This document shows, piece after piece, positions 1-9,745 of a stretch of 64,000 nt of DNA. Position numbers and translations under genes: made by a program. The stretch is taken from contig JAGLUP010000003.1 of assembly GCA_023134715.1 (NCBI GenBank), forward strand, positions 99,014 to 163,013. Direction: 5' to 3'. The notes beneath the pieces are model-generated. The model did no database searches and was not told the origin of the DNA. It saw only the letters and a program-made list of their open reading frames with translations. Position 1 is the stretch's first letter, and each line of letters begins with the position of its first letter. The DNA is from Candidatus Parcubacteria bacterium (lineage in GTDB: Bacteria; Patescibacteriota; Minisyncoccia; Minisyncoccales; JAGLUP01).

Positions 1-857
1 TAATTTTACTTTTAGGCGATAGGGCGGAAATGTTGGGAGGGGCGATAGTAGGGACATATTCAGCAATTCCAGTTATTCATATTCACGGAGGTGATTTAAG
101 TTTTACTGTTGATGAATTTGTTCGGCACGCTATAACCAAATTATCCCATTTTCATCTTCCTGCGACAAAAAAGTCCGCTGAAAGGATAATAAAAATGGGT
201 GAAAATTCTTGGAGAGTGTCTGTTGTCGGCGCGCCAGGGTTAGATGATATTTTAGGCGAAAAATTGTTTTCCAAAAAAGAAATAGCAAAAAAATATAAAT
301 TAGATTTTAATAATCCTGTTTTATTAGTGATACAGCATCCAGTGGTAGAAGAAGATAAGACAATTTTTAAGCAAATAAGTGAGACAATGGAGGCAGTAAA
401 GGAAACAGGCCTTCAGTCCATTGTAATTTATCCAAATGCTGATGCTGGCGGAAGGAGTATGATAAAAGTTATTGAAGAATATCGAAAATGTTCATTTATT
501 CAAATTTACAAAAGTTTTGCTCGTAAAGATTATTTAAGCTTAATGAATATAGCAAGCGTGATGATTGGGAATTCAAGTTCAGGAATAATAGAATCTTCGG
601 TTTTCCATTTGCCTGTGATAAATATAGGAACGAGGCAGAAAGGAAGAGAAAGAAGTGAAAATGTTATTAATGTAGATTATAATAAAGAGCAAATAAAAAA
701 AGCTATCCAAAAGGCGCTTTATAATAAGAAGTTCAGGGAAAAAGTAAAAAAATGTAAAAATCCTTATGGAAACGGCAATGCCGGAATAAAAATCGCTGGT
801 TTGTTAAGCAAGATTAAAATTAACAATAAACTATTGCAAAAACAAATAACTTATTAA
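1..857 (+). CDS. UDP-N-acetylglucosamine 2-epimerase, NeuC-like (hydrolysing type), 5'-partial; gene continues upstream of the window
   Basis: Reading frame is open to nt 1 (..ILLLGDRAEMLGGAIVG..). LGDRxE and HIHGGD motifs are typical of the NeuC/SiaA-type 2-epimerase C-terminal half. C-terminal region is epimerase_2-like. Confidence 0.6.
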   Translation, partial: ILLLGDRAEMLGGAIVGTYSAIPVIHIHGGDLSFTVDEFVRHAITKLSHFHLPATKKSAERIIKMGENSWRVSVVGAPGLDDILGEKLFSKKEIAKKYKLDFNNPVLLVIQHPVVEEDKTIFKQISETMEAVKETGLQSIVIYPNADAGGRSMIKVIEEYRKCSFIQIYKSFARKDYLSLMNIASVMIGNSSSGIIESSVFHLPVINIGTRQKGRERSENVINVDYNKEQIKKAIQKALYNKKFREKVKKCKNPYGNGNAGIKIAGLLSKIKINNKLLQKQITY

Positions 858-877
858 TAAAAAATATAAATTTTAGT

Positions 878-1276
878 ATGGAAAAAAGATTTAAAAAATG
901 GAAAAAGCCAAAAATTGAGGATGGAAAATTAACCAAATACAACTGGCTAATCCAAAATAAAAAAAATTTAAAATTAGGAGAATATACTGACATAGGAGCA
1001 TTTACTTATATTAACGCAAAATATGGAGTTGTAATTGAAGATTATGTTCAAATCGGTTCTCATTGTTCAATATATTCTATTTCAACGATTGATAACAAAA
1101 AAGGAAAAGTAGTTTTAAAAAAGAATTGTAAAATCGGCTCCCATTCTGTGATAATGCCGGGAATTACGGTTGGTGAAAATTCAGTTGTTGGGGCTTTTAG
1201 TTTTGTAAATAAAGATGTTCCTAAAAATACATTAGTTTTAGGAGTTCCTATAAAAATAGTAAAAAAATATGAATAA
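878..1276 (+). CDS. Hexapeptide-repeat (left-handed beta-helix) sugar N-acetyltransferase, NeuD/PglD/WbbJ-like
   Basis: Repeated [LIV]G-x4 hexapeptides (IGSHCSI, IGSHSVI, VGENSVV, VGAFSFV); 132 aa, located right after the NeuC-like gene. Confidence 0.6.
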   Translation: MEKRFKKWKKPKIEDGKLTKYNWLIQNKKNLKLGEYTDIGAFTYINAKYGVVIEDYVQIGSHCSIYSISTIDNKKGKVVLKKNCKIGSHSVIMPGITVGENSVVGAFSFVNKDVPKNTLVLGVPIKIVKKYE

Positions 1277-2744
1277 AGAAATCAATGCCATTACTTTAAA
1301 AGAAGATGCTACTATTAAAGAAGCAATGGAGTCCATTGATAAATCCGGTATGGGATTTGTTTTGATAATCAATAAAGACAAAAAAATTCTTGGAATGGCA
1401 AGTGACGGAGATATACGTAAAGCTTTATTGTATAGAGAAAAGTTTGAATCTTTAATAAAAAATATAATGGTTAAGGAGCCGATTACAGCGCTAAAGGAAA
1501 CTCCGGCGATAGAATTATTAAACATAATGCTTGAAAAAAGCATTAGAGCGATACCTATTGTTGATATTAATAAAACATTAATTGATGTAGTTTTATTATC
1601 AGAATTAAAAAGCATTCCTCTTTCAAATCCTGACATAAGCAATAAAGAAGTTGAAATTATAAGTCAGGTTTTAGGTACGCCGTTTTTAAGTATTGGGCCC
1701 AAGGTGGAAGAATTCGAGGAAAAAATAGCAGATTACATAGGAGTAAAACACGCCATAGCCGTAAATAGCGGAACAAGCGGGCTTCATTTATGCGTTAGAG
1801 GTTTAGATATTAAAGATGGAGACGAGATAATCACTGCCCCTTTTAGTTTTATTGCTTCGGCAAATTGCGCTTTATTTGAAAGAGCAAATCCAGTATTTGT
1901 TGATATAGACAAAGATAATCTATGTATTAATGCTGACAAAATTGAAGAAAAAATTACAAAAAAAACTAAAGCAATATTGCCTGTCCATATATTTGGTCAT
2001 CCATGCGAAATGGATAAAATTATGGAAATTGCCAAACATTATAATTTAGCGGTAATTGAAGATGCCTGCGAAGCATTAGGGACAGAATACAAGAATAAAA
2101 AAGCTGGATCCTTTGGTGACGCCGGGGTTTTTGCCTTTTATCCAAATAAACAAATCACTACAGGAGAAGGAGGAATGATTGTTACAAATAATGGAAAAAT
2201 AGCAGATTTATGCAGAAGCATGCGCAATCAGGGCAGAAACGAAGATGACAAACACTCATTAGAACATATAAGGTTGGGTTATAATTATAGGATGAGCGAA
2301 TTGAGCGCAGCTCTTGGCGTGGCACAGATGAATAGAGTTGATGAGATATTAGAAAAAAGGCAAAGAATAGCTAATTTTTACAATAAAAGATTAGAAAAAA
2401 TAGATGGTATAAAAATTCCTTATATCGGACCCAATATAAATATGAGCTGGTTTGTCTATGTTATAAAGTTAGACGATAAACGATTTTCTAAAAAAGGTAG
2501 AGATCAAATTATAGAAAAATTAAACGCAAAGGGAATTAATTGTCGAAATTATTTTTCTCCCATTCATTTAGAATCTTTTTATATAGAAATGTTTGGCTAT
2601 AAAAAAGGGGATTTTCCAATTACAGAATGTGTCTCTGATTCAACCATTGCTTTACCTTTTTATAACAATTTAACAGAAGAAGAAATTGATTATATTTGTA
2701 AAAATCTTGAGAGCATAATAAATTTTTTTAAAATTTCTTCATAA
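1269..2744 (+). CDS. CBS-pair domain fused to a DegT/DnrJ/EryC1/StrS-family PLP-dependent sugar aminotransferase
   Basis: N-terminal ~120 aa is a tandem CBS domain. The rest carries DegT motifs: GDEIITAPFSF, AIEDACEALG, FAFYPNKQITTGEGG with the Schiff-base Lys present. Confidence 0.75.
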   Translation: MNKEINAITLKEDATIKEAMESIDKSGMGFVLIINKDKKILGMASDGDIRKALLYREKFESLIKNIMVKEPITALKETPAIELLNIMLEKSIRAIPIVDINKTLIDVVLLSELKSIPLSNPDISNKEVEIISQVLGTPFLSIGPKVEEFEEKIADYIGVKHAIAVNSGTSGLHLCVRGLDIKDGDEIITAPFSFIASANCALFERANPVFVDIDKDNLCINADKIEEKITKKTKAILPVHIFGHPCEMDKIMEIAKHYNLAVIEDACEALGTEYKNKKAGSFGDAGVFAFYPNKQITTGEGGMIVTNNGKIADLCRSMRNQGRNEDDKHSLEHIRLGYNYRMSELSAALGVAQMNRVDEILEKRQRIANFYNKRLEKIDGIKIPYIGPNINMSWFVYVIKLDDKRFSKKGRDQIIEKLNAKGINCRNYFSPIHLESFYIEMFGYKKGDFPITECVSDSTIALPFYNNLTEEEIDYICKNLESIINFFKISS

Positions 2745-2749
2745 AAATA

Positions 2750-4201
2750 ATGCCAAAAGAGCTTATAAAAAATACAGGAATTTATATCGCTATTGGTTTT
2801 CTTGGTCAGGGACTAATTTTTTTACTTTGGATTATTTTAGCTTGGTGGATAGCTCCTTCGCAAATTGGCATATACGCATTAGTGATGTTTGTTATTGAAT
2901 TTTTCAGCGCTCTTAGTATTTTTGGCTTGGATTCAGCAATAACTAGATTTTATTATACTAAAGAAAAAGTTTTTGTTATTTTCAATAATGCTTTGACTAT
3001 TTTTATTGCCACTAGTGTTCTCTCTTTGTTTTTATTTTTTTTAACAGCAAAAATAATACCTGTTTTTATCTCTGGACTTTCAAATATTTTAGAGGAAAAT
3101 TTATTTTTATTTTTAGCTATAATTTTTACCAATTCATTATTTAATTTTATTCTTGTTCACTATGCCGCTCTTAAAAAAGTTATTTCTTACGCAAGGTTTC
3201 AAACATTAAAAGTGTTGTCTTTTTGTTTTTTCTCTCTTGTTTTAGTTTATTTTGGTTTCGGAATTTTGGGAATATTTTCTGCTCTTTTGTTTTCTTCTTT
3301 ATTAATAATAGTTCTATTTTTAATCAAGGAACGGAGGATAATATCATTTCGGATTAGTTCTTTTGAGGGCGTGAAAAATATAACTTCCTACGCATTTCCT
3401 TTAATGCTGCATAGTTCTTTAGTAATTATTATTTTGTATTTTAGTCGGATTTTACTTGATAAATATACAGATTTAGTTACTTTGGGTGTTTATAGTTTCT
3501 TTTTATTACTTGTTTTACAGGTTAATGGTCTTTGGAGCAGTTTTAATAGAGCATGGCTGCCGGAAGTTTTTTCTAAACTTTTAGATGACAAAAAAAAGGC
3601 GATTGAGAAGGTTAATTCCATGGTATTTTTTTTAAGCTTTATTTATTTGTTGGGATTTGCTTTTTTAATCATTATTGGAGAACTGTTTTTATTTAAATTA
3701 ATACTTAAAGAAGTATATTTAACAAACATTCACCTTTTTTATATTCTTTTACTCGGACCATTGATTGGAGCAATATCCATAGCTCTTTACCCTTTATATT
3801 ATTATAAAAACGAGACAAAAAGAATTTTGTTTATTTCAATTTTACTTTCAGGAATTAATATTACATTAACATTTTTTATGATTAAGTTTTTTAGAGAAAC
3901 TGGAGCGGCAGTAAGTTATTTCATTATGTCGTCTTTAGCCGCTTTTATATACTTTTTCGTGTTTAAAAACATAATGCCTATTTCTTCAAAAGTTATCAAT
4001 TGGACATTTTTTCTTTCAATAATAATGGCAATTAATGCCGCGTTGTTAATAAAAACTTCTTCTTCTATTTTATTCTTAATTTTTATTATTATAAGCGCTG
4101 TTTTAGCTTATAAACTGGGGGATTTATCAAAAAAGAAAGATTTGTTTTTTTATTTTTTTAAAAAAATAACAGGGAAAATAAATAATAAAATAATAAACTA
4201 A
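2750..4201 (+). CDS. Wzx-like polysaccharide flippase (MOP superfamily polytopic membrane protein)
   Basis: 483 aa with about 12 to 14 hydrophobic helices throughout; typical O-unit flippase architecture and position. Confidence 0.55.
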   Translation: MPKELIKNTGIYIAIGFLGQGLIFLLWIILAWWIAPSQIGIYALVMFVIEFFSALSIFGLDSAITRFYYTKEKVFVIFNNALTIFIATSVLSLFLFFLTAKIIPVFISGLSNILEENLFLFLAIIFTNSLFNFILVHYAALKKVISYARFQTLKVLSFCFFSLVLVYFGFGILGIFSALLFSSLLIIVLFLIKERRIISFRISSFEGVKNITSYAFPLMLHSSLVIIILYFSRILLDKYTDLVTLGVYSFFLLLVLQVNGLWSSFNRAWLPEVFSKLLDDKKKAIEKVNSMVFFLSFIYLLGFAFLIIIGELFLFKLILKEVYLTNIHLFYILLLGPLIGAISIALYPLYYYKNETKRILFISILLSGINITLTFFMIKFFRETGAAVSYFIMSSLAAFIYFFVFKNIMPISSKVINWTFFLSIIMAINAALLIKTSSSILFLIFIIISAVLAYKLGDLSKKKDLFFYFFKKITGKINNKIIN

Positions 4202-4203
4202 TT

Positions 4204-5235
4204 ATGAAAATTTTAGTAACAGGCGGATGCGGTTTTCTTGGCTCTCATGTTTGCGAGTATTATGCCAGAAAAGGAGACGATGTGGTTTCTTTTGACAACA
4301 TGACGAAGCAAGAGCTGATGAGAACCGGTTATGCCGCTGAATCTGCGAGAAATTATAATTGGAATTTACTCAAAGGGTTGGGAGTAAAATTAATCAAGGG
4401 AGACATCAGAGATTATTCTCATTTATTAGAATCAACAAAAGGATGTGATTTTATTATTCACACCGCTGCTCAGCCAGCTATGACAATAAGCTGGGAGGAC
4501 CCAGACCTTGATTTTTCCACCAATGTTTTAGGGACATTTAATGTTTTGAAAACAGCTCGCGAATATAAAATTCCACTGGTTTCCTGCGCCACAGTCCATA
4601 TCTATGGAAATGAGATAAATAAAGGATTAGCAGAAAAAGAGACCCGGTATTCCCGCGAGCCAGCAGAGATAGATGAAGAATATCCAGTAATGAGGGGACT
4701 TTTAACTCCTTTGCATGCTTCAAAAAGAGCGGCCGAACTTTATGTACAGGCCTTTATAGACACTTATCAATTAGAGGCGGCCAGTTTTCGCTTAACAGGC
4801 ATTTATGGGCCTAATCAATTTGGAGGAGAAGATCATGGCTGGGTCGCTAATTTCGCGATTAGAGCCGCGATGGGGAAGCCGATTAATATATATGGCAATG
4901 GCAAGCAGGTAAGAGATATTTTATACGCTCCAGACGCTGTTTTGGCTTTTGACGCTTTCTATAAAACCAGAAAGTCCGGAATTTATAATATCGGAGGGAG
5001 CTATAAAACATCAATATCATTGATTGAGTGCGTTGAGCTTATAAAAGAAATTACCGGCAAAGAAATAAAAGTAAATTTTTGCCCTGATAGATTAGGAGAT
5101 TTGCGATATTTTATCTGTGATACTTCCAAAGCCAAGCAGAATCTTGATTGGCAGGCAGATGTTCTACCAAAAGACGGCGTATCTAATTTGATTGATTGGA
5201 TTAAAGAAAATATCAATTTATTTAAAGTAGATTAA
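4204..5235 (+). CDS. NAD-dependent sugar epimerase, CDP-paratose 2-epimerase (tyvelose epimerase, RfbE)-like
   Basis: TGGCGFLGSHV Rossmann motif. HTAAQPAMTISWEDP and GNGKQVRDILYAPDA resemble the RfbE/tyvelose epimerase family; has the extended-SDR insertion. Confidence 0.55.
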   Translation: MKILVTGGCGFLGSHVCEYYARKGDDVVSFDNMTKQELMRTGYAAESARNYNWNLLKGLGVKLIKGDIRDYSHLLESTKGCDFIIHTAAQPAMTISWEDPDLDFSTNVLGTFNVLKTAREYKIPLVSCATVHIYGNEINKGLAEKETRYSREPAEIDEEYPVMRGLLTPLHASKRAAELYVQAFIDTYQLEAASFRLTGIYGPNQFGGEDHGWVANFAIRAAMGKPINIYGNGKQVRDILYAPDAVLAFDAFYKTRKSGIYNIGGSYKTSISLIECVELIKEITGKEIKVNFCPDRLGDLRYFICDTSKAKQNLDWQADVLPKDGVSNLIDWIKENINLFKVD

Positions 5236-5249
5236 ATTTTTCAAAAATT

Positions 5250-5984
5250 ATGAAAGTTTTAATTTTAGCCGGCGGCAGAGGGAGTCGCTTTAATAAAATA
5301 ACAGAATCTCAGAACAAGTGTATGTTGAAGGTGGGAGGAAAGCCATTAATTGAATATAGTCTGGATATTGCGGGAAATCTTGAAATTAGCGAAATTGTCA
5401 TAGTGGTTGGACATAAAGCCGAACAAATAATGAATGCTTACGGGGATCAATATAGCAATAAGCCGATAAAATATGTTGTTCAACCGAAACAAAAAGGACT
5501 TGTTCACGCAATTAACTGCGCGAAAGAAGTAATAGGGAATGAGGATTTTATATTGATGCTGGGAGATGAATTAATGTTGAGAGCCAATCATAATGAGATA
5601 ATTAGAGAATATCATGATGATGAAAATCTTTTTGGGATTTGCGGGGTGGTAAATGTTGAAAATAAAGATTTAATTAAAAAAACCTACACGGTTATTCAGG
5701 GAGAAGATGATAAAATTTTTAGATTGATAGAAAAACCGTCGAATCCAATGAATAATATTATGGGCACAGGAAATTGTGTATTCAATAATAAAATATTTTC
5801 CTATATCAATCAGACCCCCATTAACCAAAGAAGAGGAGAGAAAGAACTGGTCGACCTGATACAATGCGCTATTGATGATGGAAATATGGTTAAATCTTCT
5901 ATCATTTGCGACCAATATGTTAATGTTAATTCTATGAGAGAACTTGATGAATCAAAATCATATTTTACTCATTTTTCATCATGA
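5250..5984 (+). CDS. Sugar-1-phosphate nucleotidyltransferase (possibly glucose-1-phosphate cytidylyltransferase-like)
   Basis: N-terminal MKVLILAGGRGSRF..KCMLKVGGKPLIEY is the NTP_transferase signature; 244 aa. Confidence 0.6.
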   Translation: MKVLILAGGRGSRFNKITESQNKCMLKVGGKPLIEYSLDIAGNLEISEIVIVVGHKAEQIMNAYGDQYSNKPIKYVVQPKQKGLVHAINCAKEVIGNEDFILMLGDELMLRANHNEIIREYHDDENLFGICGVVNVENKDLIKKTYTVIQGEDDKIFRLIEKPSNPMNNIMGTGNCVFNNKIFSYINQTPINQRRGEKELVDLIQCAIDDGNMVKSSIICDQYVNVNSMRELDESKSYFTHFSS

Positions 5985-7348
5985 AAGTGCTTTTTTACAC
6001 TAACAATCTTAGGTCGTTTCGGGCTAGTTTAATCGGGCACCTTTTTGAGATTGCCCAAGTTTATCCTACAATATTACTTTCTGAAGAATTGGATTCAGAA
6101 ACTGAAACGGCTGTTAAGAATAAAGAATTATTTCCCAAACTGGAGAAAATTATTCCAGTTAGACAATTTACCGGACCAGAAATGAATTTGTTTGACAGGA
6201 ATAAGCATTTTTACAGGTTGGCGGAAGAGATTATTAAAGAGTATAAGCCAGATGTTGTTATTTTAGGAAGCGATATGCAATTTATTTTTGAATTATATCT
6301 TGCAAGGTTTGCAAAAGAAACAAACGCCCTTGTTCTTAGCATGCAGGCGCTTTATACTTTTAACGATATAGTCATACAAACGAAGTGGGTAGATTTGACT
6401 AATGCCTATTTAAGATTTCCTTTATTTTTACCTTTATGGTTCCGTCTTTTTCTTGTAAAGTGCAGGAAATATTTCGGTCATTTTTTGTATTATTGGATTT
6501 TACCCATATTGGCGAGAGAAAAACCATTTTTTGGAAAATCAAGTTTTATTCTTAGGAAAGGTCTTCACGGAATGAGAGACGCAGACTATCAGATTGTTTT
6601 TTCAAAAAGAGATTATCTCACATTTCGCAATGTATATCTTAAATATGGCGTTCCTGTTGAGAAATTATATATCCTATCTCATCCCTTAGCACGAGAGATA
6701 AGAGAATTTTTTGAAAGAGTATATTTTAGTAAATTTAGAGAATATAAAAAAGATGAAAATAATACAAAAATTATAGCCATAATGCTGCCGGAAACAAAAA
6801 TAGGATTTAAGAGAAAGGATTATTCTTTAATTCCGGGAGAAAAAAAAGAAAAAGTTTGGCTTGAAATTATTGAATCAATAAATCAAATTTTTCCTGAATA
6901 CAAAATTTTTATAAAACCTCATCCAGATAATAAAAATATCAAAAGAATTAAAGAAAAATTTGAATCTATTTCCGATAATATTAAAGTTGTAAATCCTCAA
7001 GAACCAGCGGATAAATATATTGAAATAGCGGATATTGTTATTGGTTTGCCATTATCAGCAAGCTCTACTCTTTTTACCGCTTCTCTCCAGTGTCCGGGAA
7101 AACCGATAATTTCATTAGATTTTCATAAGGAGCTTTTAGGAGATGTGTATCAAAACTTTAATGGAATTGCATATATTGACAATAAAGATAAATTTCTTAA
7201 TCTTTTAAAGCTAATTCGGGATAATAGATATTATATAAAAAAAGATTTCAATAAAATAAATAAAACAAAATTAGAGACAACTGAATTTTTAAACACCGTA
7301 GAGATGTTAAAATATTTAGCTTGTGAAAACAAAAAAAAAGTATTATAA
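5981..7348 (+). CDS. GT-B-fold transferase of the TagF / capsule-synthesis (Capsule_synth) type; putative glycerophosphotransferase or capsular transferase
   Basis: C-terminal half (KPHPDNKNIK..IEIADIVIGLPLSASSTLFTASLQCPGKPIISL) parallels the TagF-family C-domain of the gene at 55392. No precise family assignment made. Confidence 0.35.
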   Translation: MKVLFYTNNLRSFRASLIGHLFEIAQVYPTILLSEELDSETETAVKNKELFPKLEKIIPVRQFTGPEMNLFDRNKHFYRLAEEIIKEYKPDVVILGSDMQFIFELYLARFAKETNALVLSMQALYTFNDIVIQTKWVDLTNAYLRFPLFLPLWFRLFLVKCRKYFGHFLYYWILPILAREKPFFGKSSFILRKGLHGMRDADYQIVFSKRDYLTFRNVYLKYGVPVEKLYILSHPLAREIREFFERVYFSKFREYKKDENNTKIIAIMLPETKIGFKRKDYSLIPGEKKEKVWLEIIESINQIFPEYKIFIKPHPDNKNIKRIKEKFESISDNIKVVNPQEPADKYIEIADIVIGLPLSASSTLFTASLQCPGKPIISLDFHKELLGDVYQNFNGIAYIDNKDKFLNLLKLIRDNRYYIKKDFNKINKTKLETTEFLNTVEMLKYLACENKKKVL

Positions 7349-7349
7349 T

Positions 7350-8714
7350 ATGACAAAGGTGGCTTTAGTTAATCCTGGGAAAGATTGCAGATATGCGGCG
7401 ACAGAGCCGTTAAGTTTGGGATATATCGCCAGTTATTTAGAAAAACATGGCATTGAAGTTGTGATTATAGATGAATTAGCCGGTCAGAATGTAAAAACAG
7501 AAATTGAAAAATTACGTCCTGATATTGTTGGCGTTACCGCGACATCTCTTTTTATTTCCGATGCTTACAGGGTCACAGAGATGTGTAGAAAAATGGGAGT
7601 TCTTACAGTTATTGGAGGAGTGCATGTAAGTATATTGCCGGAAGAGGCGCTGAAGCATTCTGATATTGTAGTTAAAGGCGAAGGAGAAATAGCAATGCTT
7701 GATATTATTAGGAATAATATAAAATCAGGCATTGTTTTCCGTCCATATATAAAAAACATTGATGATGTTCCGCCTCCGGCAAGACATCTTATGCGGATGG
7801 ATTTTTATATAAACGCCAGAGATAAATTTCCTGATTCATATCTTTTCCATTTTATCCCTCCGCATACAAAAACAGCTTCAATTTTTACAAGCAGAGGCTG
7901 CCCATTTTCTTGCATATTTTGCCATAATAGCTGGCGAGGCATCCCTTGGAGGTTTAATGCTCCTGAAAGAGTTATTTTGGAAATTGAACAGCTTGTTAGG
8001 GTTTATGGCGTTGAAGCTTTATTTTTTATAGAAGACAATTTTTTTACGAATAAGGCGAGAGTTCAAAAAATTTGTAATTTAATAAAAAACAAAGGAATTA
8101 ATATCATATGGGCGGCTAATTCCAGGGTGGATAGTATTGATTTGGAAATTCTTCAAACAGCAAAAGATGCTGGATGTCGAGAAGTAATTTTTGGTTTTGA
8201 GAGCGGTTCTCAAAGGATTTTAGATGTTTTAAACAAAAAAACTACTGTTGAGCAGAATAAAAGAGCCATACAGCTTTGCAATAAAGCAGGCGTTATACCA
8301 GCGGGAAGCGTAATGATTGGCAATCCTACCGAAACAATTGAAGATATTAGGGCTACCCAGCAATTTTTAAGGGAATCTGATATTAAAAGCGTGGGAGTGA
8401 GCATTACCACTCCTTTTCCAGGAACCAAGCTTTGGAATTGGTGCGAAGAGCAAAAGCTTATCCCTTCAAATTTTAAATGGTCTGATTTTACTTTTGACAA
8501 GGTGGTTATTCCCGCTTGTAATACTATATCTCCTCGTGAGATAGAAAAATTATTTACAGAAACAATTGATATTGTTTTAGAAAAATCACCTTTTAGTTTC
8601 TCAAAATTTTTGATTCAAAATTTTAAAAATCCCAAACAAGCGATAATTACAATATTTCGCATTTTTAAAAATCCAGCTCGGGCATTAAGATACATTAAAA
8701 GAATAATTAAATAA
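7350..8714 (+). CDS. B12-binding-domain radical SAM enzyme (class B), paralog 1
   Basis: N-terminal cobalamin-binding Rossmann-like domain (VALVNPG.., VGVTATS, GGVHVS). Canonical RGCPFSCIFC CX3CX2C motif. Start moved to the second Met (MTKVALVNPG) to abut the upstream stop at 7348 and align with the paralog at 13011. Confidence 0.75.
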   Translation: MTKVALVNPGKDCRYAATEPLSLGYIASYLEKHGIEVVIIDELAGQNVKTEIEKLRPDIVGVTATSLFISDAYRVTEMCRKMGVLTVIGGVHVSILPEEALKHSDIVVKGEGEIAMLDIIRNNIKSGIVFRPYIKNIDDVPPPARHLMRMDFYINARDKFPDSYLFHFIPPHTKTASIFTSRGCPFSCIFCHNSWRGIPWRFNAPERVILEIEQLVRVYGVEALFFIEDNFFTNKARVQKICNLIKNKGINIIWAANSRVDSIDLEILQTAKDAGCREVIFGFESGSQRILDVLNKKTTVEQNKRAIQLCNKAGVIPAGSVMIGNPTETIEDIRATQQFLRESDIKSVGVSITTPFPGTKLWNWCEEQKLIPSNFKWSDFTFDKVVIPACNTISPREIEKLFTETIDIVLEKSPFSFSKFLIQNFKNPKQAIITIFRIFKNPARALRYIKRIIK

Positions 8715-8718
8715 AATA

Positions 8719-9147
8719 ATGAAAAATCTAAAAATTTTTATAGGAATAGGAGTAGCGGTAATTGTTATTATCGGCAGTTGGATTATATCTATAGATAAGA
8801 GCGAGAATTTTCAAGAGAATGTTAGTCAAGAAAATGTTAGCAAAGAAGTTGTTTTGATTATAGATGACGGCGAACAATCTCCAAAAATTTTTAAAACTGA
8901 TTTTAAAAAAGAGATGTATGTCTTTGATTTGCTGGAACAGGGGTCGGCAGAATTAGATTTAACTTTAAAAACAAAAACTTACGATATTGGAGTGATGATT
9001 GAGGCGATTGGGAACACAGAGAATGGAAAAGACGGAAAATATTGGATGTATTATGTTAATAAGGAGATGCCCATGGTTTCTGCTGATAAAAAATTAATAA
9101 ATAAGGGAGATAGAGTAGAATTTAAATTTGAAAAATCATCCTTTTAG
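8719..9147 (+). CDS. Membrane-anchored DUF4430-like protein (transcobalamin beta-domain-like), putative cobalamin-binding protein
   Basis: N-terminal TM/signal anchor (IFIGIGVAVIVIIGSWII). C-terminal KYWMYYVNKE...GDRVEFKF resembles the DUF4430 consensus (W-x-YYVNG ... DGD-x-V). Confidence 0.45.
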   Translation: MKNLKIFIGIGVAVIVIIGSWIISIDKSENFQENVSQENVSKEVVLIIDDGEQSPKIFKTDFKKEMYVFDLLEQGSAELDLTLKTKTYDIGVMIEAIGNTENGKDGKYWMYYVNKEMPMVSADKKLINKGDRVEFKFEKSSF

Positions 9148-9153
9148 ATATTT

Positions 9154-9732
9154 ATGAAAAAAATTACTATTTATCAAAAACAAAAAATTTTAGAATTGTC
9201 GGTTGCCCTAATCCTTATTTTAATAGGAGCCGGGTTAAGGCTTCTTCCTCATCCTCCCAACTTTACTCCTATTCTTGCCATTGCTTTATTCGGAGGAGTT
9301 TATCTTTCAAGAAAAACAGCTTTTATTCTACCGCTCGCGGCTATGGTGATTAGCGATATATTTATTGGCTATTATCAGTTTAGTTTAATGATTTTTGTTT
9401 ACATAAGCTTTTTGCTCTGTGTTGCTTTAGGTTTTTGGCTGAAGAAACATAAAAAATGGCAGGCGGTTTTAGGGGGCTCTATCTTATCTGCTCTTATATT
9501 TTTCTTTTTGACAAATTTTGCCGTCTGGATTTTTACTCCATGGTACGCAAAAACCATTTCTGGACTAACCCAGTGTTATCTGATGGCTTTGCCATTTTTT
9601 AAAAATACTTTGCTTGGAAGTTTTTTCTACTCAACTGTTCTTTTTGGCGCTTATGAGCTGGCTAAAATTTTGGTTAGAAAAAAAATTACCAGCATAATAT
9701 CTCCGGGTCAAAAATTACTTGACTTGACTTAA
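9154..9732 (+). CDS. Six-TM integral membrane protein, ECF-transporter S-component-like (candidate vitamin/cobalamin substrate-capture protein)
   Basis: 192 aa with six predicted helices, the size and topology of ECF S-components. No soluble domain. Lies immediately downstream of the DUF4430-like gene. Confidence 0.35.
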   Translation: MKKITIYQKQKILELSVALILILIGAGLRLLPHPPNFTPILAIALFGGVYLSRKTAFILPLAAMVISDIFIGYYQFSLMIFVYISFLLCVALGFWLKKHKKWQAVLGGSILSALIFFFLTNFAVWIFTPWYAKTISGLTQCYLMALPFFKNTLLGSFFYSTVLFGAYELAKILVRKKITSIISPGQKLLDLT

Positions 9733-9745
9733 TCAAATTAAATTT

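Noticed and set aside
1238-1642. Internal antisense ORFs from the six-frame track (this one and similar ones at 4538-4723, 5001-5216, 5670-5915, 7565-7759, 8210-8500, 10157-10513, 11260-11601, 13989-14321, 14430-14757, 17512-17799, 18909-19097, 19844-20230, 24718-24903, 26729-26911, 28346-28528, 29601-29786, 30181-30444, 31131-31352, 33306-33827, 34249-34518, 35244-35432, 36147-36341, 36840-37031, 37752-38021, 40078-40311, 41443-41658, 42951-43181, 43414-43704, 44788-44997, 51411-51856, 52074-52437, 53615-53920, 59155-59451, 60705-60935)
   Set aside because: All lie inside or opposite to ORFs with strong family-level motifs, and are short, low-complexity translations typical of AT-rich antisense frames.
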